Below are positions 1 through 13,713 of a DNA stretch of 64,000 nucleotides, piece after piece. The DNA lies in assembly GCA_951406725.2 (NCBI GenBank), contig OX597818.1:7068001-7132000 (forward strand), given 5' to 3'. Every line of letters starts with the position of its first letter. The first letter of the stretch is position 1. The DNA comes from Octopus vulgaris. Its lineage: Eukaryota. Position numbers and translations under genes: made by a program. The notes beneath the pieces were generated by a model. That model worked only from the letters and a program-made list of their open reading frames with translations. It was not told where the DNA came from and ran no database searches.

Positions 1-2
1 GC

Positions 3-1904
3 TTCTACCCCTCGATTAACCCTAGTGTACTAAATAAGGCCCTTTGGCATGCTCACAACAAGGCTGGCCTCACCAGAGAAGAGATAGATATCATTTTAGT
101 TGCCAGGAAATCGTTTATTAAGTTTGATAATAAGTTGTGGATCCGTAAAGATACTCCCAATGAATTTGATGTGCCTATGGGTAGTTCGGATAGTGCACAG
201 ATAGCCGATTTGGTCGGAATATATATTCTCTACGAATTGTCCGACCAATTCCCGGAGATCGCGGGCGGCCTGTATCGTGACGATTGTCTGTTTTACCTGC
301 AAAACACCACGAACAGAATAGTGCAGAAAACTAAGAGCAGGTTAGCTAGGTTTTTTAATAGAATGGGCATGAGTATAGTTTTTGATAATGAACTCACCAA
401 GGCCAATTTCCTAGACGTTACACTTAACCTTAATAGCGACTCATACTGCCCTTACCATAAGCCTTCCACTAATTTGAAGTATGTCAGTGTCTTCTCAAAT
501 CATGCCAAAACCGTAACAGACAATTTGGTTAAAAACATCTCTCTAAGATTGTCTGGCTTGTCCGCCAGTGCCGATATTTTTATGCAGAAAGCGGAATTTT
601 ATAACGCCGCACTATCCAAGGCCGGTTATAGGCAGAAGGTAATTTATATTGATCCGGCCCTTCTGATGCCATCATTCGGTCATCAGGATAGGGCCGTCTA
701 TAATAACATAAACAATTTAAGTAGGGACGGGAGCGCGGCGGATGCCGGGGCAGTCGCTCCCGCATTTAATTTAGCGAACAAGGATAATTATCGGTCCGGG
801 AGATCTCACACTAACCCAAAACCCGTTATTCATCCGAGAATCACCCACCCGAATGCGAGAGCTGGCGTCCCGACCCATCACACAGATAGGAATAAGCATA
901 TATGGTTTGTAATTCCCTTTGGTAAGCAGATTAGAACTAACCTCCCCCTCATGTTTAGACAAGCCATCGCTAATAACTTCCCCAGAAATTCCAAATATTA
1001 CTCCACGGTTAACTCGCATAAAGTTAGGATAGCTTTCTCCAACACTAAAAACCTCGCCCAGATAATCACCTCCCATAATAATAGGCTACTTACTAAGACC
1101 TTATCACCTTTTTCCGGAGGCACAGCCTCTTCCGCTCCCGGTTTAATGATCAGTAGGATTAATTATAGTAGTAATAATGATATGAGAGCCAGTACAGTGA
1201 CACATAATCTCAGCTCCAGCCAGGGAGTACACACTAGGGGTATAGTTATAAATAGGGGTGTTGTGGTTGACGGTAACAATGGGAGTAGGGTAGAGAGCCC
1301 CAATAGCAACCCCAGCATCATTTCCCGCAATAGCAGCTCCACGGGCACTAGCAATGACAGCACTCTGATAGATAGTGAAGAATCAGGGGTTATTCCGATA
1401 GTTAATAGTGACGTAGTGGAAAATAAAGCAGTAAGCGGCTGCAGTTCTCGTAACAAATATAGTGACAGGAACGCAGTTCTAATTTCAGAAACTAATCCTA
1501 GCAGAATAAGATTCACGTCGGCGAACTCCAAGATCAAAAACGCCGTCTACCAATGCAAGGTTTACACGGACTCAGATGTCTACACTTATGTAGGGGCCTC
1601 ATCGTCAAGATTGGCTTTGCGAATCTCCAATCATTACGCAACTTTTCGGGACATGAACAAGCGCCAGACCACGGGACTCAGCAAGCTAATATGGCGATTG
1701 AAAGATACGAACTCAAGCTACAGGCTGGAATGGTCAATTTTGTCGGTGGCCCTCCCATTTGATAGGGGCAGAAGGAAGTGCAACCTTTGTGTCTCCGAAC
1801 TCTTCCATATTTTGTTCGCCAGAGGCCGGATGGTAAACGGACTTTTACAGTCAGCTTTTCGATGCCCCCATTGGCGGCGTTACACTTATCTGGCTTTTAA
1901 ATAG
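3..1904 (+). CDS. Penelope-like element ORF (RT + C-terminal GIY-YIG endonuclease), Naiad-like; 5' part lies outside the window
   Basis: Frame is open from nt 3: FYPSI ... FDVPMGSSDSAQIADLVG ... GLYRDD ... FLDVTL ... PYHKP ... SNH (PLE RT and thumb). Endonuclease reads VYQC..YVG..R..NH..T.LS..IW.LK..W..C.LC..E..N..CPH. Confidence 0.92.
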   Translation, partial: FYPSINPSVLNKALWHAHNKAGLTREEIDIILVARKSFIKFDNKLWIRKDTPNEFDVPMGSSDSAQIADLVGIYILYELSDQFPEIAGGLYRDDCLFYLQNTTNRIVQKTKSRLARFFNRMGMSIVFDNELTKANFLDVTLNLNSDSYCPYHKPSTNLKYVSVFSNHAKTVTDNLVKNISLRLSGLSASADIFMQKAEFYNAALSKAGYRQKVIYIDPALLMPSFGHQDRAVYNNINNLSRDGSAADAGAVAPAFNLANKDNYRSGRSHTNPKPVIHPRITHPNARAGVPTHHTDRNKHIWFVIPFGKQIRTNLPLMFRQAIANNFPRNSKYYSTVNSHKVRIAFSNTKNLAQIITSHNNRLLTKTLSPFSGGTASSAPGLMISRINYSSNNDMRASTVTHNLSSSQGVHTRGIVINRGVVVDGNNGSRVESPNSNPSIISRNSSSTGTSNDSTLIDSEESGVIPIVNSDVVENKAVSGCSSRNKYSDRNAVLISETNPSRIRFTSANSKIKNAVYQCKVYTDSDVYTYVGASSSRLALRISNHYATFRDMNKRQTTGLSKLIWRLKDTNSSYRLEWSILSVALPFDRGRRKCNLCVSELFHILFARGRMVNGLLQSAFRCPHWRRYTYLAFK

Positions 1905-2524
1905 CGTTTATAAATAATACCTGCACCCATAGCCCTTGGTAACAATTTCTGAAATAGCCTTTAAGATAATTACGATTAACCACTGCAAGGGGAATTACTC
2001 CTGTAAGATAAACGGGACTTTGTTTTTTGACGACGGGGGGTTTCCTTGACAAGGCAGGTTCAGAAGAACACACGCACACATAAAACATAATATATTTTTT
2101 TCTGCCACCCAACGGTTCTTACTGCAGTAGCCATTGTGTAGAGCGGCTTAACCACTGACAGCCGAGCGATCAAACGCACACACGTACACAAAAAATGTTT
2201 TCTACCCCTTGACGGAGGTCTTGCCAACCTGCGCCAGCACACACATATATAGAACAGTAAACACACACATGTCTCTAAGTAGACTTTTTCTCGCCCCTTA
2301 TAAAACATCCAATATTCCTTAAATAGTCAGAACTTTATTCTCGGTCACAAAGAACATCTACACACCCTCACCCACATGAATGACCGCTGCCTGACCCGTT
2401 AAAATCTTCAACCACCGGTTCTCAACATACACTGATAAACAGTTTTGCCATGGGCTCTTAGGAGCCTAGTTCGATTTGTTTTGCTCCGCCTCTGTTCTGT
2501 TTTTGTTTTTTCCAACGGATTTCC

Positions 2525-2617
2525 TATTTCTTCCTGAAGAGAAAGACACAATATGGTCTCATTATTCAATCGGATTTTGGTAAATTGTGCCTTTCGAAAC
2601 ACGTGTAGAATGAAATA
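2525..2617 (+). ncRNA. Type I hammerhead ribozyme, family A
   Basis: Stem I TATTTCTTC/GAATGAAATA, core CTGAAGA (2534-2540), stem II GAAAGACACAAT/ATTGTGCCTTTC, GAAA (2596-2599), stem III AC-ACGT-GT, cleavage triplet GTA (2605-2607). Confidence 0.88.
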
Positions 2618-2823
2618 AAACGATTTCTGTTCAATCTTCGTTCAGCTCCATTTCTTCAATTCACCAATAATATTTTAATTTCAATTATCCGCACCAACGC
2701 ACGGTTGCAACACCATATGGTTGTACCTCCAACCGTGCTGTCTTCTGCTGTGATTTTTGCTACCAAGGTATCGGTTAAACTTTTGATTAATCTGCTACAA
2801 GATTATTCATCTTTCTATTTCAC

Positions 2824-2873
<50 letters not shown>

Positions 2874-2924
2874 CAGCTGTGTGTGTATGTGTGTGTATGT
2901 AAGAAGCTCTGTTCCCGACGACAT

Positions 2925-3310
2925 CGCTCAGGATTCAGTTTCACTGCGTAGCACATTGGGCAGGTATCATCTATTATAATCAGGGCCGACCAAAGCCTTG
3001 TGAGTGGATTTGGTAGACGGAAACTGAAAGAAGCGCGTCGTATATATATATGTGTATGTGTGTATGTCTGTGTGTGCGCACGCGCGTGTGTATCTATGTG
3101 TGTGTCTGTCTTTTTCCTCCTGCCATCGCTTGACAACGGATGCTGGTGCGCTTGCGTCCCAGTAAGGTAGCGGTAAGGCAAAAGTGACCGATAGAAGTAG
3201 TAGACTTGCAAAGAGTAAGTCCTGGGCTGATTTTTTTTACTGAAACACTTTAAGGCAGTGCTCCAGGATGGCAGCAGTCAAATGACTGAAACAAGTAAAA
3301 GAATAAAAGA
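2925..3310 (+). mobile_element. SINE-like interspersed repeat, family 1
   Basis: Shares GGAAACTGAAAGA..CGTCG, CGCTTGACAA and the AAACAAGTAAAAGA 3' end with 3893-4280. Inverted 3' ends occur at ~51955 and ~60480. Confidence 0.7.
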
Positions 3311-3892
3311 ATACACGAGGAGGTAGAAATGTGTGTATGTATGCACGTATGTATATAGTCAATTCAAGGAATAACAATGAGCGAGATTTATTGATTTTGA
3401 AAATTTCCTCGTAATCATAGTAATCATAATTCTTTTTAGTAGTAGTGGTTGTTTTTGTTGTTGTTGTGGTGGTGGTGGTGGCAGTTGTTTAAGATGATGA
3501 GGAGAAAGAAGAGGAGGAGAAGGAGAAAGAAGCGGAGGAGAAGGAGAAGGAGGAAAATGTGGAGGAGAATGAGGAGGAGAGGAGGTAGGGAGGAGAGGGC
3601 TGATGATTTCTAGACGAGGAATTTGTAAAATAAAAATTAAATACGTCAAAGAAGAAAAATCGTATTTTAAATCTAAAAAATGATGAGAATGAATTACAGT
3701 GGTAAAGCCATGTGATATAATTTATAGAAATTCCTACTTGACAACACTAGAGGGTTACTCAGTCGTTTTCATGGCAATTTACTATCAGCATTCCACCGGC
3801 GTTCAGTTAACTATTCACATCTACTTGCAGTATCAAGGTGCGTCATCATTACATGTTCTGCTACAGATAGCAACCTAGGAAGTTTTAAATCA

Positions 3893-4280
3893 CAGGGGTG
3901 GATGCATAGTAAGAAACTTCTTACTCAACCACATTCTCCGTGTTCAGTCCCACTGCGAGGCACCTTGGGCAAGTGTCTTCTACTATAGGCTTGTGTCGAC
4001 GAAAGACTTGTGAAATTCTTTATTAGAGGAAACTGAAAGAGGCCCGTCGTATATGTGCGTGTGTGGTTGTGTGTGCTTCTGTTTGTAACTATGTGTGTGT
4101 GTACGTGCGTGTGTGTCTTTGTGTCTCTCTTTGTCCCCCACCATCACCGCTTGACAATCGGCGTTAGTGTGTTTACGTCCCCGTAACTTAGCGATTCGGG
4201 AAAATAAGACCGACACAATAAGTACTAGGCTTCAAAGAATAAGTTCTAGGGCCGATTTGTTGACTAAAAACAAGTAAAAG
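3893..4280 (+). mobile_element. SINE-like repeat, family 1
   Basis: Homologous to 2925-3310, with a degenerate tRNA-like head (GTTCAGTCCC) and internal (TG)n. Confidence 0.65.
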
Positions 4281-5911
4281 ATCTGTTAGTAGATACACTA
4301 TGTTTCAATAAACAATGGAATGGTCACGCCTGAAAATCCTTTGTTAATAGTTTTCAATAGTGTCTTACATCCAAGTATTCATTCGGTATAGTCGTGAGGG
4401 AATTCTCTGACTGACTGCTACTCTGTTAAATATAACATCTACATTTCTCTCAAATCAAAACTGACCGTCTTAAAACAGGGGACACATGAGTTAATAATCC
4501 TCGATAACTTCAAAAAGACGGCATGATTACGGTTAAAATTTCCTTGATCAAAGTCCCTTGATCAGGATTGACCTGGAGCTAAGAACCAATGCATTGTAAA
4601 AGTTTCTTTATGAAGAGGAAAGTTGTTAATTAATCCAATAAATTTGATTATGTCCATCTACCATGGTCTTATCAACAATAATTTCGTTTTAATGGCTACT
4701 GGAACACTGTCTATAAACTCTAGCCACAGCATGGAATTCAGGTGATCCTTCAAATAAATTCGATGTATTTTGTAATTAGTTCTGTGCACATTAGTAGACC
4801 TTGGAAACATTCCAATTTAGAGAGGACCATGTGCATTCAGCAATAGCGTAAATAATAGGTTGTCGATCACGGATGCAATTCGTATATTCTAAATGAACAT
4901 GTCTCTTGTATTTGCTTGAGGCACAAATTCGGGACAACGGCCAGGGAAGTATTAAGTCGAAAGTATGAATAATTCCATTGTCTTAGTTTCTGGTCTTTTG
5001 GGTGAACAATAAATTGAGCGAAAGGAATAATTGGCATGTATGATTCAATATCATTCTTATTACAAGTCAGTTGCAGATATCACATTTCTAGTCATTGCTA
5101 TTAGAAATCAATTACCTATAACTCGTTTCTAATTAATTTTAAACTATTACATATCCCGATTCGTCTCTTCTGCTTTTCTGAATCAGAAATAATTAGAAAC
5201 ATTAATTGATTATTTTTTTATGTTTACGAGTCTAAACTTAACTAATTAAAACTTCTTGTAATACTAAATAAAGCACGTTAGAATCCACTTTACAATTTTT
5301 CTATGAAACAAGCAAGTCGGGTATTTTCCGGTAAACATTAATTGTAATTTGTCATACAACAATGTTTATTCAACAAAATTCTCTATATAATCTAAGTTAT
5401 CTTAGGTCAGTCAGTATTGACTATAGAGCTTCTCGAATGAGCTCTAATGGGACGTAAACATGTCCGGAGTTGCTAAATTCATACAAAGATAAATCTCTCA
5501 ACACACTACAACTTAATTTTAATTAGTTATAAATAATTAAAGTTCTGGTGTTTACTTATCCGGTGTAGTCCATAAGAAATATCATTATTATACACTGATG
5601 TTGCTGGATTAGCAAAATCTTTCGAACGTTGGAAATATGTCACATAGTATTTCTTCCGAGACATTATCTTCTGCGTTCCAATTCCACCACGGTAAAATTT
5701 TCTTTTTCTTACCGTTATATGTAAATTTATATGTAATCCACACCCAGACACACTATCACCAACAATTTCCTGTCGGACAATGCCGCCAAGGAAACTCTAC
5801 TCGCACATGTAACTGCTGTCGCTTACTAACCAATACTAGCCATCGTGACAATTGCAGTCCATCCACCGGTAGTGATCTTGAACTTCCTGTACCCTTCTGT
5901 TCATTCAGATA

Positions 5912-5972
5912 TCCCACCAGCCTGAGGAGACAGGCTCTGTTAAGGGCTTTCGAAACTTGAAGTAGCACGGAA
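5912..5972 (+). ncRNA. Type I hammerhead ribozyme, family B, inside a dispersed repeat (~5850-5975)
   Basis: CTGAGGA (5922-5928), stem II with GCTCT/AGGGC, GAAA (5952-5955), stem III ACTT-G-AAGT, GTA (5962-5964). Stem I is short and interrupted. Flank is homologous to 17290-17400 (-). Confidence 0.7.
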
Positions 5973-6265
5973 TTCGAAGACTCACACACATGCTCACAAA
6001 CAAATAAACAAGAATAACGCACCTCTGATAACGGACAGTGTCAACGACTATTGAAGAAATTGCAAGACGCATCGAAAGTTTCTAGAAAAAATAAATGAGT
6101 AAATGAGTGGAAATCCGAACCGGTGAGTGTGTTAAGTAATAAGGCACTGGAAGAGAATGACTCTCCCCAGACACAATAATATGCATACATACTTATGCGT
6201 ACATACATACATACATGCATACATACATACATACATATATATGTGTGTGTGTGTGTGTATACATG

Positions 6266-6381
<116 letters not shown>

Positions 6382-7211
6382 GAAATGAGGTACTCAGAAA
6401 ATCGGATGGTTTATATTTACAGATATTTATTTGTATATTACATTTTTTATACATCATATAACTTAGATCATGCGCTTTCTCCCATTCTAGTGGGGTTTCA
6501 AATCAAACTAAGTTCCTGTGTGAAAAGTTTTGACCATTTTATAGTGGTATTGAGTTTATAGTGGTGGGGATGAATATAAGACAGTACAAGAGGGTGATGG
6601 ATGAGGAGAAAGTGAGAGAGAGAGAGAGCATGTGTGTATGTGTGTGTGTGTGTTTGTATTTGGAATGAGTGCTAAAGAAAAAGAGGGGAAGGGAGAGGGA
6701 AGAAGAAGAAAATAATTTTTTTGCTCTGCTGGACAGGATGCTTACTCCAAGTGGGGTCTAAGATCTTGGGGAAAAAAGAATTTCAGTTTTGACCATTTCA
6801 TAGTGTTATTGAGTGTGTGGTGGCGGGGAGGTAGACCATAAATTATATTTCTTTTTATCATTGTGAGAGAGAGTGTGTGTGTGTGGGGCGGGGGTTAATG
6901 AGGGATGGTCAAATGTTTTTTTGGGTTTAGAGAAGAATTCCTTTTACGATTGTTTTGTGGAGGTGCGTGTGTGTGTCTGTGTGTGTGTGTGTGTCTGTGT
7001 GTGTGTGTGTGCGCGTGTGGGTGTCTGTGAGTTTGGAGAAGGGAAGAGAGGAGAAAAAAAAAGGAGGAAGGAGAAATAATTGTGTTGATATTTATACCAC
7101 TATATATATATATATATATATATATGTAGGTCCCGGGTTGATTCGGGGTTAACCACAGTAAGTAAGGTACTCAATACATAGCAGAGTAAAATTAATTTAT
7201 TATATAGAAGG

Positions 7212-7262
7212 AGCTTCTACAGGACTAGTACTGTTTCATTCAAGAGAAATCTTCAGGAAGCT
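7212..7262 (-). ncRNA. Type I hammerhead ribozyme, family C
   Basis: Minus strand reads AGCTTC-CTGAAGA-TTTCTCTTGAAT-GAAA-CAG-TACTAGTC-CT-GTA-GAAGCT. Confidence 0.88.
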
Positions 7263-7420
7263 ATTTAACAAGAATTGTATTAGCATTTATACATTTAGGC
7301 AGGTTTAAAGGAGTGGTGGTGGGGGACTTTTTGGGGGTAGGCATAGCGCAAAATATCATACTTGGGGGAGTGGTCAAGGAGTCAGTGGTAAGTTAGATGA
7401 AAGAATAGATAAATAAAAAA

Positions 7421-7457
<37 letters not shown>

Positions 7458-7559
7458 TAAATAAAAAAATATATATATAAAAATATATATATATAAATAA
7501 TATAATATATATATAAAAAAGGGGGATAGAGTTATAGGTAAATAAGGAGATTCTCACTT

Positions 7560-7617
7560 ATACCTATACACACATGTATACGTATCTACACACACATACA
7601 TACACACACATATATAT

Positions 7618-7666
<49 letters not shown>

Positions 7667-8532
7667 CACACATACATACATATCTACATACACACATACA
7701 TACACCCGCCCACATATACAAATTTATACACATGCACATGCCTATACCTGTCTACACATACACACACGTATATATGCATACACTCACTCCCATGCATGCA
7801 CGCATACACACATGTATATATATATATATATACCCACGACCACACATACATATATACACATAAAAATATATATTCATACGCACATACACTCATGCACACA
7901 CAACACACCTAGTTCCCTATATACACATATTTACACCTATATATACATACACCCACATACACCTATGTACACATATATATATATAAACATATACACGCAT
8001 ACATATATATACATGTGTGCACATACATACATACACACATATATACATACACATACACATACACATGTGTACCTATACATACCTACACATACACACATAC
8101 ATACATACAAATATACATATACATATATATATATACAATCCAATACAGGCCCATTCCCTAATTTTAATTTTATTATCTTCATTTATTACTTTTGTTATCT
8201 TTGATCGCTAGAGCTAAGAATCCTGGCAATGGCTGCATGTCCATTTGTCTGTCTACTAGAAGGCAAGTACTCATTCCCGCACGCACACTCATTAGCACGT
8301 ACATTCACCCATTCGTACACTCATACACATACACGTACGCACGCGTTATATTCATACATACAAATATCTACATACGTTCACGTATATACACATACGTACT
8401 CGTACCTACAGATTCGTGTCTACACTTTAGGAGGCTAGTCTATACATATACACCAATAAATATACATATATATATATATACCCGCATATACATACACACA
8501 CACACATATATACTCCTACATACAGATACATA

Positions 8533-8575
<43 letters not shown>

Positions 8576-8761
8576 CACATACATACACATACACACATAC
8601 ATATACACACACATACATACACATATATATACATACACAAACATATATACACACATATATATATACATACACACATACACACATACATACGTATACATAC
8701 ATACATACATCCATACATCCATACTTACATGCATTTATACGCATACACACACCCATCTATA

Positions 8762-8800
<39 letters not shown>

Positions 8801-9077
8801 TCACACATACATATACAAATCTACGCACACACATACATACATACACGTATACGCATACACGCACATACACATATACATGCGTACCCATACACGTGCACAC
8901 ACGCACGCGCATCCATATATATACACACACACACATATATATACACGTGTGCAAGCATACATACATACTCATACGCGCACACATACTTACATATACATAT
9001 ATGCACACACTTACACACATATATATACATACACATATACATGCATACATACATATATGCATACATACACACACGCA

Positions 9078-9143
<66 letters not shown>

Positions 9144-9182
9144 CACATACATACACATACACATACATACACACATATACAC

Positions 9183-9219
<37 letters not shown>

Positions 9220-9424
9220 TACATATATACACATATACATACATATACATACACACACACATACATATATACATATACACTGATACACATACCCATACAT
9301 ACACATGCATATACTTATATCACTACATACTCACATATATAAACATATATACATATACACACATACATATATACATGTACATACACATACGTATGCATAT
9401 ATATATATATACATATATATACAC

Positions 9425-9459
<35 letters not shown>

Positions 9460-9717
9460 TACATATACACATATACATGTATACATACGCAAAAATGATA
9501 CACATATATACACATACACACACACAGACAGATGCATATACATACATATATATATATAAACTACATATCTATATAAATACATACATAATACACATATACA
9601 CACACATATATATACATTCATGCATATACATATACAAGTATACATACACATACATACACACACACGCGCACACATACATATACACACACACATATACAAA
9701 TACATACATACACACAT

Positions 9718-9750
<33 letters not shown>

Positions 9751-10119
9751 CATACATGTACACATATACATATGTATATATATATCAACAAGGGAGGGTA
9801 AAGTTAATTAGTTATTAATCAATTTCATCAAGTGTTCAGTATGTAAAGGGACCATTATTATTTTGAGTAAACAATGTTAGAGGGAAAAAAATTCTCTAAG
9901 TAGTGGAAGAGGCTAAAAAACTTTATTGGCTGCTATTTCTAGAAAGTTTAGTATGTGGCAAAGTAATTTATTTTATTTTCCTAAGCCCTAATTATATAAT
10001 ATTTTATACATACATACACATACATAAGCACATACATTTACACATACATATGCATATACATATATACACATATACATACAAACACATATACACATATACA
10101 CACACACACACATACAAGC

Positions 10120-10162
<43 letters not shown>

Positions 10163-10305
10163 AATATATATACATATATATTTTTACATGCATACATACA
10201 CACACACACACATAATACATGCGTATATTCCTACTGTACCCATGCATTTCTATACATATATACATACATACGATACACATATACAAGCGTGCACATATAA
10301 TATGT
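7560..10305. repeat. (CA/TA/CATA)n mosaic within the PLE 3' region; mirror copy at ~12600-15340
   Basis: Imperfect di- and tetranucleotide mosaic reproduced in both arms, apart from TA-tract lengths and a few substitutions. Confidence 0.9.
9785..10001. mobile_element. Nested fragment related to HHR family D element (tail + inverted 3' end); mirror at ~12902-13117
   Basis: 9785-9858 resembles 26111-26178. ~9880-10001 resembles the 3' part of 26730-27057 and ends TATATAAT. Confidence 0.75.
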
Positions 10306-10408
10306 GAAAGGTCTTAGGAGAAAAGGTAATCGGGGGTGCTAGGGGAACAGTGGGGTTGGGGGGGGTTGTAGGGGGGCGTTGTAGGGGGGGTTGTAGGGGG
10401 GGTTGTCA

Positions 10409-11651
10409 TCAATCAGGTTGCCGGGTAGGTCTATAGTTCTTGTAGTTCGCATACTTCTTATGCATGCAATTTGGGGAGTGTTCTGAAAATTTGTTAAGGA
10501 GAGGGCCTTTGGCGAACAAGATCTCTAGGCTCTCTGATATGCATAGGTCACAGCAGGTATGTCCTCCTGTGTACGAGCGCGCCTTCTGTAGTAGTTTCCA
10601 CTTGGTCTTGAAGGGGATTGAGTTCCTTTTAAGGTACCAGATGTGGGCGGCGAGGGTAGTTTGGTTGGATTTATCCTGTCGCCGGAACGAGTGTGTATGT
10701 GCGTACCAGCGGGTCTTAAAGCTGTTTGACGTCATTCCAATGTAGGATTTACTTTTATCGTCAAGGCCTGATCTTACCTCGCATTTATATACTAGGTCCC
10801 TCTGTAGGCAGTTGTTGTTGAGGGGGCAGGTGGTTTTATCATGGCAGTTGCAATTGCTATCGGACGTTGGATGGGCCCCGGAGAAAGTAGATATGTTAAG
10901 TTTTTTCACATTGTTGTTGGCTAGGTTCCTGGCTAGGTTGGGCGTGGTATAGTAGGAGAGTCTAATAGTGTTCTTATTTAGGATAGTGTAGTACTTATGT
11001 TGGGTGGGGAAGTGTTTCTGTAGGAGAGTGAAAAAGATCTTAGCTACAGGTGTAGCGACCTCACGGTTGAAGGGGGGTTGTACCAGCTAATGTGTCTTCG
11101 TCTATTTTTCCTGGGTTGGCGTGGGGCTATACTAGTGTAGGTAATCTTATCTTTAAAACCACTGCGGGCCAGGGCCTCGTTGTAATAGGGGGCTGCGGCC
11201 TTAAAGATATCTTCCGTGGCGGACAGGCTAGAGATTCTAATTGAGACACTTTTTACTAGGTTATCTAATATATTTCTGGGGTGGTTGGAATTGATATCTA
11301 TATATCTAAGGGATTCATTTGGTTTGTGGTACGGGTAATAAAGTGAGGTTTTTAAGTCGAGGGTGACATCTAGGAAGTTAGCCTTTGTTAAGTTGGATTC
11401 TAGGGTAATCCTAAGGCCTAAGTTTTTAAAGAAGGTGTGAAGATTTTTCCGGAACCCATCCGTGGTCCTGGGGTTTATATTGTGGAGGGCGAAAAGGCCG
11501 TCATCTCGGTAAAGACCACCGGAGAGGCCTGTGAATAGGGTTTTCAGCCTATGGAGGATGAAAAGGCCCACTAGGTCACTTATTTCAGCAGAGTCGTTAG
11601 CACCCATGCTGACGTCGAAGGGGGTCACAGATTTTTTGTTGATCCAGTGGG
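10409..11651 (-). pseudogene. PLE RT-GIY-YIG ORF, 5'-truncated, one frameshift near 11072-11077
   Basis: FDVSMGANDSAEISDLVG, GLYRDDGL, FLDVTL, PYHKPN, WYNPP; then a frame change to KHFP..LSY.TTPNL..CNC..CPL..CL..VY..YIG..FKTR..H..CDLC..E..LLN..CMH. Confidence 0.9.
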
Positions 11652-11654
11652 ATC

Positions 11655-12499
11655 AAAAGTGTCTCAATTAGAATCTCTAGCCTGTCCGCCACGGAAGATA
11701 TCTTTAAGGCCGCAGCCCCCTATTACAACGAGGCCCTGGCCCGCAGTGGTTTTAAAGATAAGATTACCTACACTAGTATAGCCCCACGCCAACCCAGGAA
11801 AAATAGACGAAGACACATTAGCTGGTACAACCCCCCTTCAACCGTGAGGTCGCTACACCTGTAGCTAAGATCTTTTTCACTCTCCTACAGAAACACTTCC
11901 CCACCCAACATAAGTACTACACTATCCTAAATAAGAACACTATTAGACTCTCCTACTCTACCACGCCCAACCTAGCCAGGAACCTAGCCAACAACAATGT
12001 GAAAAAACTTAACATATCTACTTTCTCCGGGGCCCATCCAACGTCCGATAGCAATTGCAACTGCCATGATAAAACCACCTGCCCCCTCAACAACAACTGC
12101 CTACAGAGGGACCTAGTATATAAATGCGAGGTAAGATCAGGCCTTGACGATAAAAGTAAATCCTACATTGGAATGACGTCAAACAGCTTTAAGACCCGCT
12201 GGTACGCACATACACACTCGTTCCGGCGACAGGATAAATCCAACCAAACTACCCTCGCCGCCCACATCTGGTACCTTAAAAGGAACTCAATCCCCTTCAA
12301 GACCAAGTGGAAACTACTACAGAAGGCGCGCTCGTACACAGGAGGACATACCTGCTGTGACCTATGCATATCAGAGAGCCTAGAGATCTTGTTCGCCAAA
12401 GGCCCTCTCCTTAACAAATTTTCAGAACACTCCCCAAATTGCATGCATAAGAAGTATGCGAACTACAAGAACTATAGACCTACCCGGCAACCTGATTGA
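11655..12499 (+). pseudogene. Inverted duplicate of the PLE ORF 3' part (RT thumb + GIY-YIG)
   Basis: The 166-aa ORF 11999-12499 is identical to 10409-10909(-). It has the same C6 frameshift at 11831-11836. Confidence 0.9.
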
Positions 12500-12739
12500 T
12501 GACAACCCCCCTACAACCCCCACAACCCCCCTACAACCCCCCCCAACCCCACTGTTCCCCTAGCACCCCCGATTACCTTTTCTCCTAAGACCTTTCACAT
12601 ATTATATGTGCACGCTTGTATATGTGTATCGTATGTATGTATATATGTATAGAAATGCATGGGTACAGTAGGAATATACGCATGTATTATGTGTGTGTGT
12701 GTGTATGTATGCATGTAAAAATATATATGTATATATATT

Positions 12740-12782
<43 letters not shown>

Positions 12783-13438
12783 GCTTGTATGTGTGTGTGT
12801 GTGTATATGTGTATATGTGTTTGTATGTATATGTGTATATATGTATATGCATATGTATGTGTAAATGTATGTGCTTATGTATGTGTATGTATGTATAAAA
12901 TATTATATAATTAGGGCTTAGGAAAATAAAATAAATTACTTTGCCACATACTAAACTTTCTAGAAATAGCAGCCAATAAAGTTTTTTAGCCTCTTCCACT
13001 ACTTAGAGAATTTTTTTCCCTCTAACATTGTTTACTCAAAATAATAATGGTCCCTTTACATACTGAACACTTGATGAAATTGATTAATAACTAATTAACT
13101 TTACCCTCCCTTGTTGATATATATATACATATGTATATGTGTACATGTATGTATATATATATATATATATGTGTGTGTGTATGTGTGTATGTATGTATTT
13201 GTATATGTGTGTGTGTATATGTATGTGTGCGCGTGTGTGTGTATGTATGTGTATGTATACTTGTATATGTATATGCATGAATGTATATATATGTGTGTGT
13301 ATATGTGTATTATGTATGTATTTATATAGATATGTAGTTTATATATATATATGTATGTATATGCATCTGTCTGTGTGTGTGTATGTGTATATATGTGTAT
13401 CATTTTTGCGTATGTATACATGTATATGTGTATATGTA

Positions 13439-13471
<33 letters not shown>

Positions 13472-13676
13472 GTGTATATATATGTATATATATATATATG
13501 CATACGTATGTGTATGTACATGTATATATGTATGTGTGTATATGTATATATGTTTATATATGTGAGTATGTAGTGATATAAGTATATGCATGTGTATGTA
13601 TGGGTATGTGTATCAGTGTATATGTATATATGTATGTGTGTGTGTATGTATATGTATGTATATGTGTATATATGTA

Positions 13677-13713
<37 letters not shown>

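Larger units (their letters stand above)
1..2828 (+). mobile_element. PLE copy 1: ORF plus ~900-bp 3' region with HHR, ending in (TA)n
   Basis: ORF stops at 1904, HHR at 2525-2617, unique sequence ends ...CACATAAT directly into (AT)n at ~2828-2870. Confidence 0.85.

Noticed and set aside
6455-6520. Possible hammerhead on the minus strand in the TA-flanked segment 6378-7100
   Set aside because: A hairpin and GAAA are present, but the core and stem III/NUH do not fit. At best it is a decayed copy.
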